From Octopus sinensis (lineage: Eukaryota), in assembly GCF_006345805.1 (NCBI RefSeq), contig NC_042997.1:167090001-167154000 (forward strand): 64,000 nucleotides of DNA, given 5' to 3'. Below, piece after piece: positions 63,946 through 64,000 of this stretch; positions within the stretch are counted from its first letter, which is position 1, and each line of letters starts with the position of its first letter. Made by a program: the position numbers and the translations under genes. The notes beneath the pieces are model-generated. The model was not told the DNA's origin. It saw nothing but the letters and a program-made list of their open reading frames with translations, and ran no database searches.

Positions 63946-64000
63946 ATATATTATATATATATATATTGCATATACATATGTATATATGTATATGTATATA

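Overview
AT-rich, microsatellite-saturated animal DNA with no intact protein-coding gene that I can recognise. The SINE families and repeat density look like an octopus (coleoid cephalopod) genome; that is recognition from memory, not a database result. Nearly all ORFs in the supplied track are microsatellite artefacts or transposon remnants. Supported content: a near-complete but frameshifted Penelope-like element (PLE; RT plus C-terminal GIY-YIG, 25.5-28.3 kb) and three more PLE GIY-YIG fragments; a 5'-truncated Tx1/L1-clade LINE (40.9-43.7 kb); five 3' fragments of restriction-like-endonuclease (RLE) LINEs, three R4/Dong-like and ending in (TAA)n; a CR1-like fragment; Tc1/mariner relics and MITEs; two non-autonomous Helitron-like elements; many tRNA-derived SINEs. 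The main signal from reading both strands is about 13 type I hammerhead-ribozyme-like motifs (about 9 well formed, the rest relics) in short PLE-type tails. They include a U3:A8 core variant, forms with very long stem II inserts, palindromic (dimer-type) stem III, and two opposite-polarity hammerheads facing each other. Also present: three long fold-back hairpins, and an RLE-LINE / ~550-bp element / hammerhead-tail stack on (TAA)n that recurs at two loci. A few possible host-gene exons and microexons are reported at low confidence. All alignments and folds were done by eye; boundaries are approximate unless a TSD or TIR is cited, and no ribozyme activity has been shown.
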